From positions 172,420-236,419 of IMG/VR virus record IMGVR_UViG_3300037418_003161: a DNA stretch of 64,000 nucleotides. One strand, given 5' to 3'. Origin of the DNA: a virus (taxonomy: Duplodnaviria > Heunggongvirae > Uroviricota > Caudoviricetes). Positions 54,555 to 63,398 of this stretch are shown here, one piece after another. A program made the position numbers and the translations under genes. The notes below the pieces were generated by a model. That model saw only the letters and a program-made list of their open reading frames with translations. It was not told the origin of the DNA and did no database searches. Every line of letters begins with the position of its first letter. Within the stretch, counting starts at the first letter, position 1.

Positions 54555-55273
54555 CCTATAAGGCGTATATACAGGCACAAAATAATTTCCCAATCGCAGA
54601 TTGGGCTGTATCAGCTTATTTGGGGTTTCGGGAAAAACAGACAGATATTGTATTCTTTGAAGATATCAAAGACGTACCAACGTCAAGCTGGAATATTGTG
54701 GTGGCTGAAATCATTCCCACCAATCACTACTTGCAGCGATTGGGGATTGAACCCAAACGTGCATTGAATATCCCGGATGAATTGATGAAATACACCGGGC
54801 GAAAAATTGACTATATGACAATGGGGGAGTTTAAGATGGATACCCGGCTTCCCGTTTTTGTAAAACCCAATCGATATTCCAAGGAATTTGTAGCCGGGGT
54901 GATAAGTGAACCACAAAGCCGCAGCTTTTTCTTCAATAATGTTGAAGACGACTGCCCGGTACTGGTATCAGAAGTGGTGGATTTTGTGAGTGAATACCGT
55001 TGTTATGTGATTAACGGTGTATTGAAGGGGATTAAGCATTATTTAGGAGATATCCGCATTTTCCCCGATGTAAAGGTAATTGATGCGGCCATTGCAGATT
55101 ACAAAATCGCTCCGGTAGGATACGCCATCGACTTTGGTGTGACAAGTGATGGCCGGACGCTTCTTGTGGAGTGTAACGATGGATGGTCATTGGGTAATTA
55201 CGGATTGGATAATTTGGTATATACAAACTTATTATGTAGACGGTGGGTAGAACTATTAAAAAATAGAAAATAA
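54551..55273 (+). CDS. ATP-grasp fold protein
   Basis: 240 aa. LPVFVKPNRYSKEF, EYRCYVINGVL, GYAIDFGVTSDGRTLLVECNDGWSLG resemble ATP-grasp ATP-binding and Mg-binding segments. Confidence 0.55.
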   Translation: MTYKAYIQAQNNFPIADWAVSAYLGFREKQTDIVFFEDIKDVPTSSWNIVVAEIIPTNHYLQRLGIEPKRALNIPDELMKYTGRKIDYMTMGEFKMDTRLPVFVKPNRYSKEFVAGVISEPQSRSFFFNNVEDDCPVLVSEVVDFVSEYRCYVINGVLKGIKHYLGDIRIFPDVKVIDAAIADYKIAPVGYAIDFGVTSDGRTLLVECNDGWSLGNYGLDNLVYTNLLCRRWVELLKNRK

Positions 55274-55291
55274 TTGTTTTATCTTTGTTGT

Positions 55292-55495
55292 ATGAATATT
55301 GTTGGAAATATAGTAAAATGCATTTCAAATCCAGATTATGGAGAAGGTCTTTGTACTCTTTATTCTGTGGAACATGGAGCATTTATCTGTTACAACAATA
55401 AAAATATTAGATATCATAAATGCGACCTTACAGACGTTGAGTTTGTAAGAGAAGCAACCGAAAACGATATAAAAATATATGGTACACCTAGATAA
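55292..55495 (+). CDS. Hypothetical small protein
   Basis: ATG 55292 directly after the promoter motif TTGTTTTATCTTTGTTGT. Confidence 0.35.
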   Translation: MNIVGNIVKCISNPDYGEGLCTLYSVEHGAFICYNNKNIRYHKCDLTDVEFVREATENDIKIYGTPR

Positions 55496-55671
55496 TGTCT
55501 GTAAAATTTGGATTCAGCAAGGCATCAAAATGGGTAAGACTTGCTACCTTGTAACCGTTTGGTATTATGAGGGCCGAGAACGCCTCTATACTATGATAAC
55601 ATTTGGAGGTGATAAGAAGCTTGTTCCCGGAAGTTATTCTGAAAACGTGAAAGACCTTTATCAAAATATAT

Positions 55672-55980
55672 TTGAAGGTGAAAAAGAGGGATAAGATATC
55701 GTTTTTATATGAGATTTTAAAACCCATGGGCGTTATAGAGTTGTTTCAAAGTCCTAACAGACCGGAAGTAGTTTGTGTTAGGTTATCAAACGATGCTTAT
55801 GGTTATAAGATAATCCAACTTGTAAAAAATTATTTTGGAATGAAGGTTTGGGTCTCAATTCGAAATGACCATTGGGAAAATATAAAAGATTTATCTATGG
55901 TTGACCCCCGGACAATTTATGGCCGGACAGTTAAGGTCAAACAAAACGGAAAAGAAAAAAAATTGAAAAAACTTAGATGA
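55672..55980 (+). CDS. Hypothetical small basic protein
   Basis: 102 aa ORF. Confidence 0.3.
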   Translation: MKVKKRDKISFLYEILKPMGVIELFQSPNRPEVVCVRLSNDAYGYKIIQLVKNYFGMKVWVSIRNDHWENIKDLSMVDPRTIYGRTVKVKQNGKEKKLKKLR

Positions 55981-56051
55981 AAAAGATTAACAACATAAAA
56001 CGAAAGCGTAAACAGTAAGCATCCCTTATGCTGAGGGATGCAGGATATGTA

Positions 56052-56124
56052 TTCCCCTCATGGCGTAATGGTAGCGTTGCAGATTCTTACTCTGAAGGTC
56101 ATAGTTCGATTCTATGTGGGGGAA
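56052..56124 (+). tRNA. tRNA-Lys-like (anticodon CTT), weak D-arm, possible pseudogene; followed by a terminator hairpin
   Basis: Perfect T-arm CATAG-TTCGATT-CTATG. Acceptor TTCCCCT/TGGGGGA has 6 of 7 pairs. Anticodon stem CAGA/TCTG with loop TTCTTAC. The D-stem pairs poorly. Hairpin GGAACATA-aaa-TATGTTCC plus T7 at 56120-56147. Confidence 0.4.
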
Positions 56125-56159
56125 CATAAAATATGTTCCTTTTTTTATTGGAACAATAT

Positions 56160-56247
56160 GGGCGTATGGCGCAAAAGGTAGCGCATCTCACTTTTAATGA
56201 GAGGGGTAGACGTAAGTCCGTTCAGGGTTCGAATCCCTGTGCGCCCA
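56160..56247 (+). tRNA. tRNA-Lys (anticodon TTT) with a 20-nt variable arm
   Basis: Acceptor GGGCGTA/TGCGCCC, D-arm GCGC/GCGC, anticodon stem TCTCA/TGAGA (perfect), loop CTTTTAA, variable GGGGTAGACGTAAGTCCGTT (GAC-GTAA-GTC mini-helix), T-arm CAGGG-TTCGAAT-CCCTG. Confidence 0.6.
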
Positions 56248-56252
56248 CAACA

Positions 56253-56327
56253 GCCGTCTTAGCAAAATTTGGTATTGCTTCTGACTCTTAATCAGGAAAA
56301 AAATGAGTTCGATTCCCATAGGCGGCA
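56253..56327 (+). tRNA. tRNA-Lys (anticodon CTT)
   Basis: Acceptor GCCGTCT/AGGCGGC, D-arm GCAA/TTGC, anticodon stem TCTGA/TCAGG, loop CTCTTAA, T-arm ATGAG-TTCGATT-CCCAT (one mismatch). Confidence 0.65.
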
Positions 56328-56362
56328 CTTGACTTTATCGATTTACTTTCTTATAATTCTGC

Positions 56363-56737
56363 ATGATTGAATACATCTTCCAAGGCTTTTTTGCAGGATT
56401 TGGCTTCTGCATGTTTTTTATCTTCTTTTTGATTTTTGTGCTTGTACTTCTAAAAAAGGCCAATAAAAAGGCCGAGCGCACCTATGATGAACACAAACTC
56501 TCTAAGGCGTTTGAAAATTATTCAGGTAAGCTTTATAATGAAGAGCGGTATTCAGAAATCCCGGAGGTAAAATACATCATCCAAGAACTCAAGGAGGGGC
56601 ATATACCCGAAGAAGTATATGGCTACAACATTAAGCGTAAAAACGATATTGCCCTCAAGGAAGGGGAAAATGAAACTCAACTCATTCGCCTCGTTGAACG
56701 TTACATAGTCTTAAACAAAAAAACAGAAAAGAAATGA
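56363..56737 (+). CDS. Membrane protein
   Basis: 124 aa with an N-terminal hydrophobic helix. Confidence 0.4.
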   Translation: MIEYIFQGFFAGFGFCMFFIFFLIFVLVLLKKANKKAERTYDEHKLSKAFENYSGKLYNEERYSEIPEVKYIIQELKEGHIPEEVYGYNIKRKNDIALKEGENETQLIRLVERYIVLNKKTEKK

Positions 56738-57144
56738 AATTCGAGAACGTCAATTTTACTGTTGTCGTATTGGGAGTTATCACCATTTTTGATATTATGT
56801 TTTCAAAAGAAATAGGAGGGTCATTTGGCCTTTGGTTTTTATATGGCCTGTATAAACTTTTAACAACTGATTAAGTATGACGATTTTGGAAGCCAAAGAC
56901 AAGTTGTATTCAGAACTCCGAAGTGTGGACACTAACGTGGTGGGAGCAGGAATTCAGGAAGAGAATGGGGAAGAAGTAATTGCCTTGTATTACGCCACCG
57001 AACCCGATATGGTATTGGCCGACTACGAGGGTTACAGGATAATTTGGGAAGTTACCGGAGAATTCTACGCTTTCTAACAAAAATATCTATATTTATTTTT
57101 TTAAATAGATATTTTTGTTCTAACTTTGTTGTAGAATAGCCGCC

Positions 57145-57582
57145 ATGAAGTCAACGCTTAAAATTGGTATTGTCGGGTCAAGAGATTTCGACAATTATGA
57201 GATGCTTTTAAAAACTATGGATTGGGTAATCGAAACCTTTGGTGAACCTTCCTTGGTAATTTCAGGAGGGTCGGGAAGACATTATCCAGAAAATAGGGTG
57301 GAAAAAACTAAATCAGCAGATATGCTTGCAGAAAGATTTGCTGATGAATGTGGAATTGAAAAGTTGGTTCATGAAGCCGATTGGGGCAAATACAATGCGT
57401 CTGCCGGGCCGATTCGAAACACCAAAATTGTTGCGGATTCAGACATAATTGTGGTGTTTTGGGATACGGATTTTAACAAGAAGCGTTCCGGGTCAAAAGA
57501 TACGGTTCAAAAAGCCCTTGCCAAAAAAATGAAGGTGGTTTCGGTAAATATGTTTAACGGACACATTCAAGTATTTAATTAA
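57145..57582 (+). CDS. SLOG/DUF2493-like (LOG-family Rossmann) protein
   Basis: 145 aa. KIGIVGSRDF...VISGGSGRHYPENRVEKTKSADMLAERFA resembles the I.GSR...SGGA.GAD..A..WA pattern of YpsA/DUF2493 SLOG proteins. Confidence 0.45.
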   Translation: MKSTLKIGIVGSRDFDNYEMLLKTMDWVIETFGEPSLVISGGSGRHYPENRVEKTKSADMLAERFADECGIEKLVHEADWGKYNASAGPIRNTKIVADSDIIVVFWDTDFNKKRSGSKDTVQKALAKKMKVVSVNMFNGHIQVFN

Positions 57583-57832
57583 CCATCATGGATAAAATCA
57601 ACTACGAAATAGTATTCGGGGCAGACAATGGTGCTGCCGCCCGGTTTGAATTCCATGGGGACAATCTTGGACAGGCAAGAAACCACGCCTCCTCACTGCT
57701 GCGAGATGCCAAGAATGACGTTAAATCCAACCCCCCCAATTTTAATTGGAATAAAATCCCGCAAGGGGTGGTTAATGCCCATTTCCGTAAAATCGGCACA
57801 ACTATTTGGAGACAAGTTCCTAACCCCCGGTA

Positions 57833-58159
57833 ATGAACTACAATAAAGAAATACGAAAATACAGATGTGCAATCCTCGCTTATATCCTCATCATTATTTC
57901 AAACGTTGTATTTGATGTCTTACGTAGTTTATATGTAGGATTGGGGTGGGTTAATGTTATTTATGGTCTACTATATATTTGGTGGATATATTCGATAATA
58001 AAACTCTATAATGTAATTCTAGCATTAAAAGAGAAACGCTTTCTTGAAAAACACTTCTTATATACAGAAAACTTACCATTACCAAATACCAATAAAGATG
58101 AATCTGATAATCAACGAACAGGGACTCCTGAAAGACCCCAATCAGGACAAATTCGCTGA
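57833..58159 (+). CDS. Small membrane protein
   Basis: 108 aa, two hydrophobic helices. Confidence 0.35.
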   Translation: MNYNKEIRKYRCAILAYILIIISNVVFDVLRSLYVGLGWVNVIYGLLYIWWIYSIIKLYNVILALKEKRFLEKHFLYTENLPLPNTNKDESDNQRTGTPERPQSGQIR

Positions 58160-59275
58160 CGACAATATTGTTCATTCTTTTAAAGGGAGAACAATAAACA
58201 AATTGTTACCTATAATTGTTTATCGTAACCTTACCAAAAAAGGTCGGTGGTACTCCATTAAACAAAAAGGTCAGGTGGTGGCACACGCTCAGGCTCTTTG
58301 CATCCGGGATTGTGAATTCATTGTCAACGAAAAAGGTCGGTTGCGGATTATCAAAAGAAAACAAAAAGAAGTTCATGCCTACATAAAAGGCTTATATGCC
58401 ACAAGTGGTATGGGTTCTACAGCAAAGAAAAATGACCTACCAGTACCCATCTTTTATGACCCATATTCTGTGGATTCCTTCATCACGCACAATTTTACAC
58501 CCACACATAAAGTAAAAGCAGCAAGGTTCTGTATTTGCAATCAGGATGGTGTTCGGGCTGCTTACACCGAAAGAAAATGAATATAATTGACCATATCCGT
58601 AAACGGTATTTGGGTAAAAAATTGGGGTATAATAAGTCTTATGTGTTTGTTAGTAAGATTTATACAACCGACCTCAACACACATATCATTTTGGAAATTG
58701 AGCGGGTAAAGGGTCGTATAAAAAAAATATCACAGACCATATGGTTATCTATGGTTCTTACATTGGAAGAAGAAATAACCAATGAAATTCTTACATATTA
58801 TAAAGGACTGAATATTCGATTCGGTTTTGTAATTCAATTCAGCATCAATGACCCGAAGTGAACGCAAAAAACTAAAAATACTTCTCTGGAAAGAATTCTC
58901 TTTTGAAGTTATGAGTGGGCCATATAGTGGATATCGGGGTAAGGCCAAGATTACCAAAATCACCTTCTTTAAAGAATTGAAATTTGATGTCATGGTATGT
59001 GCTATATATGAGGATGTTACCAAACTTAATCTTAGCAAACATATTGCGGAGGAAAAATTTGGATATCGAGGAATGCGCTATAGGTTCAATATGCAGTTTA
59101 GAAACAATTACAAAGTGAATTATAAAATATATTCACTTTTAAGATATATCGATATGCATTATTATTACATCGTTATTGGAAGAATCAAACACGTTGCCGA
59201 ATGGTAGAGATTGGTTTTGTTTTATCTTTTTTTTAAGTTCAACCACATTGGTTTAATATTTGTAATATGTAAAAA

Positions 59276-59485
59276 ATGAAACCAATTGTCTATACTGACA
59301 TCATCAACAAAAACGAAAAACACGCCATAGTAAAAGGCTGCAAGTATAAAGTAAGGGGTTTAAATGAAGCAGTGGACAGTTGGTTTACCCTCTATTATAA
59401 AAGCGAGGAAATGGCACAAAAGGAGCGTTCGAGGATGATGAAAATTGGTGGTTGGAAACACGTCTCCGAGGTGATTCCTCTGTAG
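59276..59485 (+). CDS. Hypothetical small protein
   Basis: ATG after a partial promoter motif (TTGTTTTATCTTTTTTTT). Confidence 0.35.
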   Translation: MKPIVYTDIINKNEKHAIVKGCKYKVRGLNEAVDSWFTLYYKSEEMAQKERSRMMKIGGWKHVSEVIPL

Positions 59486-59743
59486 GTTATGAGAAACCAA
59501 TAAAAGGGTAAGGTACTTGACTTTACCCTTTTTTTTATTTATATTTTTTCATGAAGTTTCTCATCAACCATGATATCCAATGGCAAGTTGGAGCAAGTGA
59601 CTACCAAGAACGAAATGTCAATAGAAGTGTTGAAGCCAATAGTGAAGAAGAGGCTGTTGAAAAATTAAAATTCAATTATCAATCAATCACTTCCAAAGAG
59701 TTTATTGATATTACCATCCATTCCATAATAAAACAAAACAAAT

Positions 59744-60304
59744 ATGGTACTCAGACCGAAATCTAAGAGCTTTCATGCAAAGGTTTACAAATCCACCTAT
59801 GGATGTGACCGACTGCCCAATAATTTGTGTGGGTATTTTTGGGCCAACGTGCTTGCCTTTCTCTTGTTGATTCCTTCTTTCCCCGGCCACATCATCAATA
59901 TGATACGCAGGAATAATGACGTGCAGTCCATTTGGACAGCCATTCATTTCCCTCTCGCACTTCTAATTGGGTCGCTTTTGGTGGATGAAAAAAAGATGAA
60001 GGCCGGAACAACCTCACTATGGACTCTTTATGGGTGGGGAATGCTTTTAATACTGTCTATGGTGGTTGGTATCTTTTTGACTGCCTTGGTTGTTTTTTGG
60101 GTAAATGAAATGCAAGAAAAACGAATGTGGAAAAAATACTACAAACTTCAGAAAGAATACCCGGAAATGCACTCAGGACAAATATGGGAAATGATTGAAG
60201 CCGATAAATACAGAAAATTAGAACGCCGGAAAAAACGCTTCCTGATTATCGAATGGTTCAAAGCCTTTAAGGGAAAATATTGTCCCAAACTGGAATGGGA
60301 TTAA
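59744..60304 (+). CDS. Membrane protein
   Basis: 186 aa, multiple hydrophobic helices; true start may be internal. Confidence 0.35.
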   Translation: MVLRPKSKSFHAKVYKSTYGCDRLPNNLCGYFWANVLAFLLLIPSFPGHIINMIRRNNDVQSIWTAIHFPLALLIGSLLVDEKKMKAGTTSLWTLYGWGMLLILSMVVGIFLTALVVFWVNEMQEKRMWKKYYKLQKEYPEMHSGQIWEMIEADKYRKLERRKKRFLIIEWFKAFKGKYCPKLEWD

Positions 60305-60915
60305 CTGTGTCTGTTTAAAGCCCGAATGATGTTTTCTTCTAAATTCGGGTTTTCTCTCGCTCCCTGTAAACTAACAACCGCAATTGCGCTTTTAGAGGGG
60401 TCTGTTGCAATTTTGTACCGATTGACACTAAACATACTTCGAGCGATAAGTTCATAAAGTTTGAACCGCTTGGTGTTATTCACATCTACTTTTTGAAAGG
60501 TAGGGTCGTTGGGGTCTTTTTTTATTGTACCAGTTTGGGGGTCGATATCCGGCGCACCAAAGAATATGAATGAAAAATTGGGGTTCTCATTTGCTATGGT
60601 GAGCATCTGATGAAAAACGGTATTTAATACTTTTAATCTTTCTTTATCATTGGTGAGATAGGCATATTTATTCCCCCCGAATTTTTGATTACTTTTAAAA
60701 TTATGGGGAAGTCGGGCATAAAAAGAAACCGCTATGATATCGTCAAAAATCGCTTCAAACTCAGAGAAGTAACGGTAGCTGGCGGTTTGAAAAGCGTACT
60801 GTTTAAAGAGGTTGAAATTGTTGGTCTGACGAGACGGTAAGCGGAAGTGGGGATTATTGTAATTATCAGGGTCTAAACTATCAAACACTTCCTGAAGTAA
60901 TGGGCTTATTTCCAA
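60301..60915 (-). CDS. Hypothetical protein
   Basis: 204 aa ORF. Confidence 0.45.
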   Translation of the reverse strand: MEISPLLQEVFDSLDPDNYNNPHFRLPSRQTNNFNLFKQYAFQTASYRYFSEFEAIFDDIIAVSFYARLPHNFKSNQKFGGNKYAYLTNDKERLKVLNTVFHQMLTIANENPNFSFIFFGAPDIDPQTGTIKKDPNDPTFQKVDVNNTKRFKLYELIARSMFSVNRYKIATDPSKSAIAVVSLQGARENPNLEENIIRALNRHS

Positions 60916-61109
60916 AATTTTTCAACGAATTTCTTGCGGTTATCATCACTTTTAAAGAATTTAAGTGAATCTTCGGTCAAATAATCTTGGGGTTTTCTAA
61001 AACGAACGTAATCAGGAAGGTCGGCTTCAATTTCATCCCTTGTTAAAGTCACCAAATTCAACCCCAACTTGTTTTCTTCTACTTTGATATTAAAATTGAT
61101 TGTGTTCAT
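60906..61109 (-). CDS. Hypothetical small protein
   Basis: ATG 61109 (MNTINFNIKVEE...) preceded by GGGAGG 7 nt upstream and by the promoter motif (minus strand, 61117-61137). Confidence 0.4.
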   Translation of the reverse strand: MNTINFNIKVEENKLGLNLVTLTRDEIEADLPDYVRFRKPQDYLTEDSLKFFKSDDNRKKFVEKFWK

Positions 61110-61232
61110 GATTACCTCCCTTTGTTTGTAAAACAAAGATAAAACAAAAAAATAAACCTACAAAATATTTTTTTATAAATATCGTTTTAAAATAGAAAAA
61201 AATTGTTTTAATTTTGTTTTAAAATAATTGTT

Positions 61233-61568
61233 ATGAACATTTTGTTCCTATTTTTAATACAGTTCTTTACCCTTACCCCTCACAGCGACCCCTTCATGTA
61301 CGAATACAAAGGTACAAAAATCACGGTCATCCCAAAGAGTGGGTATTGGGAAGCCACGGCTTCAGTCCCCAAGAGCCAAAAGCTTCAGAAATACACAATT
61401 TTTATTGATTTTAACAAATACCCCGACATCCACCGACTCCAATGGAATGTGGATTTTAAACCAAATCAAACGAAAGCCAAAATCTTATTACATGTCCGGG
61501 TGAAGGATTACCCAATTATAAGCGGTTCAAATTACGTAATATGGGAAGATTACCCACCAAAAGAATAA
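61233..61568 (+). CDS. Secreted small protein (signal peptide)
   Basis: 111 aa with an N-terminal hydrophobic signal; terminator follows at 61568-61592. Confidence 0.4.
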   Translation: MNILFLFLIQFFTLTPHSDPFMYEYKGTKITVIPKSGYWEATASVPKSQKLQKYTIFIDFNKYPDIHRLQWNVDFKPNQTKAKILLHVRVKDYPIISGSNYVIWEDYPPKE

Positions 61569-61592
61569 AGCCCCGATTTCGGGGCTTTCTTG
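61568..61592. terminator. Terminator hairpin between convergent genes
   Basis: AAGCCCCGATTTCGGGGCTTTCTT. Confidence 0.55.
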
Positions 61593-62255
61593 TTATTTAC
61601 CAGTTAGAGGTTTGATTAATTCATTTGCTGCGGTATCCGCACCTTCAATGGACTTGGTTTGTGGATTGGAATGAACTGCCTGAAGAAAACCTTGGGAAGA
61701 ACCAAAGTTTTTAATCACTGTTTTTAAGTACGTTACTGTTTTGTTCTTCTGACAATCTGTATCATTTAAGACAGAAAGTAGGGTTTGAAAATCCACGCCG
61801 GGAGTGATAAGAAAACTTAATGTAGTTGGGTCGGCCTTACCGTTGGCCGCATTAAACGAAACGCTTTGTTGCCCTTCTGCTCTGTTAGCACCATTAAACT
61901 GTGAATAAGAGGGGTTGTTTGCGTCCAGTTGCAAATATGAACCATTACCAAGAGAGATTCCTATTTCACCATTTCCACCGACAATTACTAAGCCCGGTTC
62001 TGCTTTAGCGTATCTTTTGGTACAATTTTTAATAAAATTTCCCTTTCTCACGCACTCGCCTGTGGCTTGTTGGGGTGCGGGTTGTTGTGCCTGTGGCTGC
62101 GCTTCTTGCTCTTTGATGACCCTTGAAACAATTTTTATAAGGTCGGATTCAGTCAGGCGAATTGGCTTTCTTTTCATGTTCAACAAGATATTTTTCAATA
62201 AATATTCATTTTTAAAGCTAAAGACCTTGATTATGACAAATATTTTTCTTATCAT
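61593..62255 (-). CDS. Hypothetical protein with Gln/Pro-rich linker
   Basis: 220 aa ORF. Confidence 0.45.
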   Translation of the reverse strand: MIRKIFVIIKVFSFKNEYLLKNILLNMKRKPIRLTESDLIKIVSRVIKEQEAQPQAQQPAPQQATGECVRKGNFIKNCTKRYAKAEPGLVIVGGNGEIGISLGNGSYLQLDANNPSYSQFNGANRAEGQQSVSFNAANGKADPTTLSFLITPGVDFQTLLSVLNDTDCQKNKTVTYLKTVIKNFGSSQGFLQAVHSNPQTKSIEGADTAANELIKPLTGK

Positions 62256-62264
62256 TTTACAGTT

Positions 62265-63398
62265 ATGATAAAGGAATCCGTACTCTATGATTTCGATGAC
62301 CTACTGATTGAACCGGATGTGGTATCAAACATCAAATCACGCAGTGAAATCAAAATCTATGACTCCATTGGTTATCTGCCACTTTTTACCGCACCCATGG
62401 ATACGGTAGTAAGTTCGGAGAATGGTAATATTGAAGAATTCACAAACCGAAAGATTAGGGTAACGCTACCACGTACTTCCACCACTAAAAAAATAAGCCT
62501 TGACCCTACGGTATGGAGTTCTTATAGTTTACAGGAATTTGAAGAGGTCTATTTGAACGATGAAGAGGGGAGAGAAGAGTATAAAGAACTTCCAGTATTT
62601 TTTGTTTTGATTGACATTGCCAACGGACATATGGTGCGTTTATTAGAAGCCGTTGAAAAAGCTAAAGACCTCTACGGGAAAACTATAAAACTTATGGTTG
62701 GTAATGTTGCGAACCCCGAAACTTTTGCTATTCTCGCAAAAGCGGGTGCAGATTGTGTCCGGGTGGGTATCGGCAATGGTGGAGGATGCCTCACAACGGT
62801 TCAAACGGGTGTTGGCTATCCCATGGCGTCATTAATCGATAAATGTGTAACAATAAAAAGAAATGAAGGCTTGACAACAAAAATTGTGGCTGACGGTGGG
62901 ATGAAAAATTATGACGACATTATAAAGGCGTTGGCACTTGGAGCAGATTATGTGATGTTGGGAAGCCTCTTCAACAAGGCATTGGAGTCTGCCGCCCCCA
63001 ACTTAGTAGATGTTGGGAGTCGGCATTATATTTCCTATGAAAGATATGTTGAACAAAACTCCACAGCAATCAGCAAAGAGACACTTGCAAAATTTAAAAT
63101 GAAAGAAATGCGGCCACTTTCCTTGGAAGAATTAATGAAGCAAAATTCACTTTACAAACAATTCCGGGGAATGTCCACCAAAGAAGCCCAACAAGCCCTT
63201 GGAGTAAAAAAATTAAAGACAAGTGAGGGTATTGTAAAATACCAAAAGGTTGAATACACGCTTGATTCGTGGATTGAAAATTTTTCTCATTATCTGCGGT
63301 CAGCCATGAGTTATACAAACTCATTAAACTTAGATGAATTTAAAAACACAACATTAAATGTTGTATCACAAAATGCAAAAAACAGATTTAAAAAATGA
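62265..63398 (+). CDS. IMP dehydrogenase/GMP reductase-family (TIM-barrel) enzyme, GuaC-like
   Basis: 377 aa, no CBS insert. FTAPMDTV, LIDIANGH, MVGNVANPETFAILAKAGADCVRVGIGNGGGCLTTVQTGVGYPMAS (catalytic Cys loop), ADGG. Confidence 0.78.
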   Translation: MIKESVLYDFDDLLIEPDVVSNIKSRSEIKIYDSIGYLPLFTAPMDTVVSSENGNIEEFTNRKIRVTLPRTSTTKKISLDPTVWSSYSLQEFEEVYLNDEEGREEYKELPVFFVLIDIANGHMVRLLEAVEKAKDLYGKTIKLMVGNVANPETFAILAKAGADCVRVGIGNGGGCLTTVQTGVGYPMASLIDKCVTIKRNEGLTTKIVADGGMKNYDDIIKALALGADYVMLGSLFNKALESAAPNLVDVGSRHYISYERYVEQNSTAISKETLAKFKMKEMRPLSLEELMKQNSLYKQFRGMSTKEAQQALGVKKLKTSEGIVKYQKVEYTLDSWIENFSHYLRSAMSYTNSLNLDEFKNTTLNVVSQNAKNRFKK

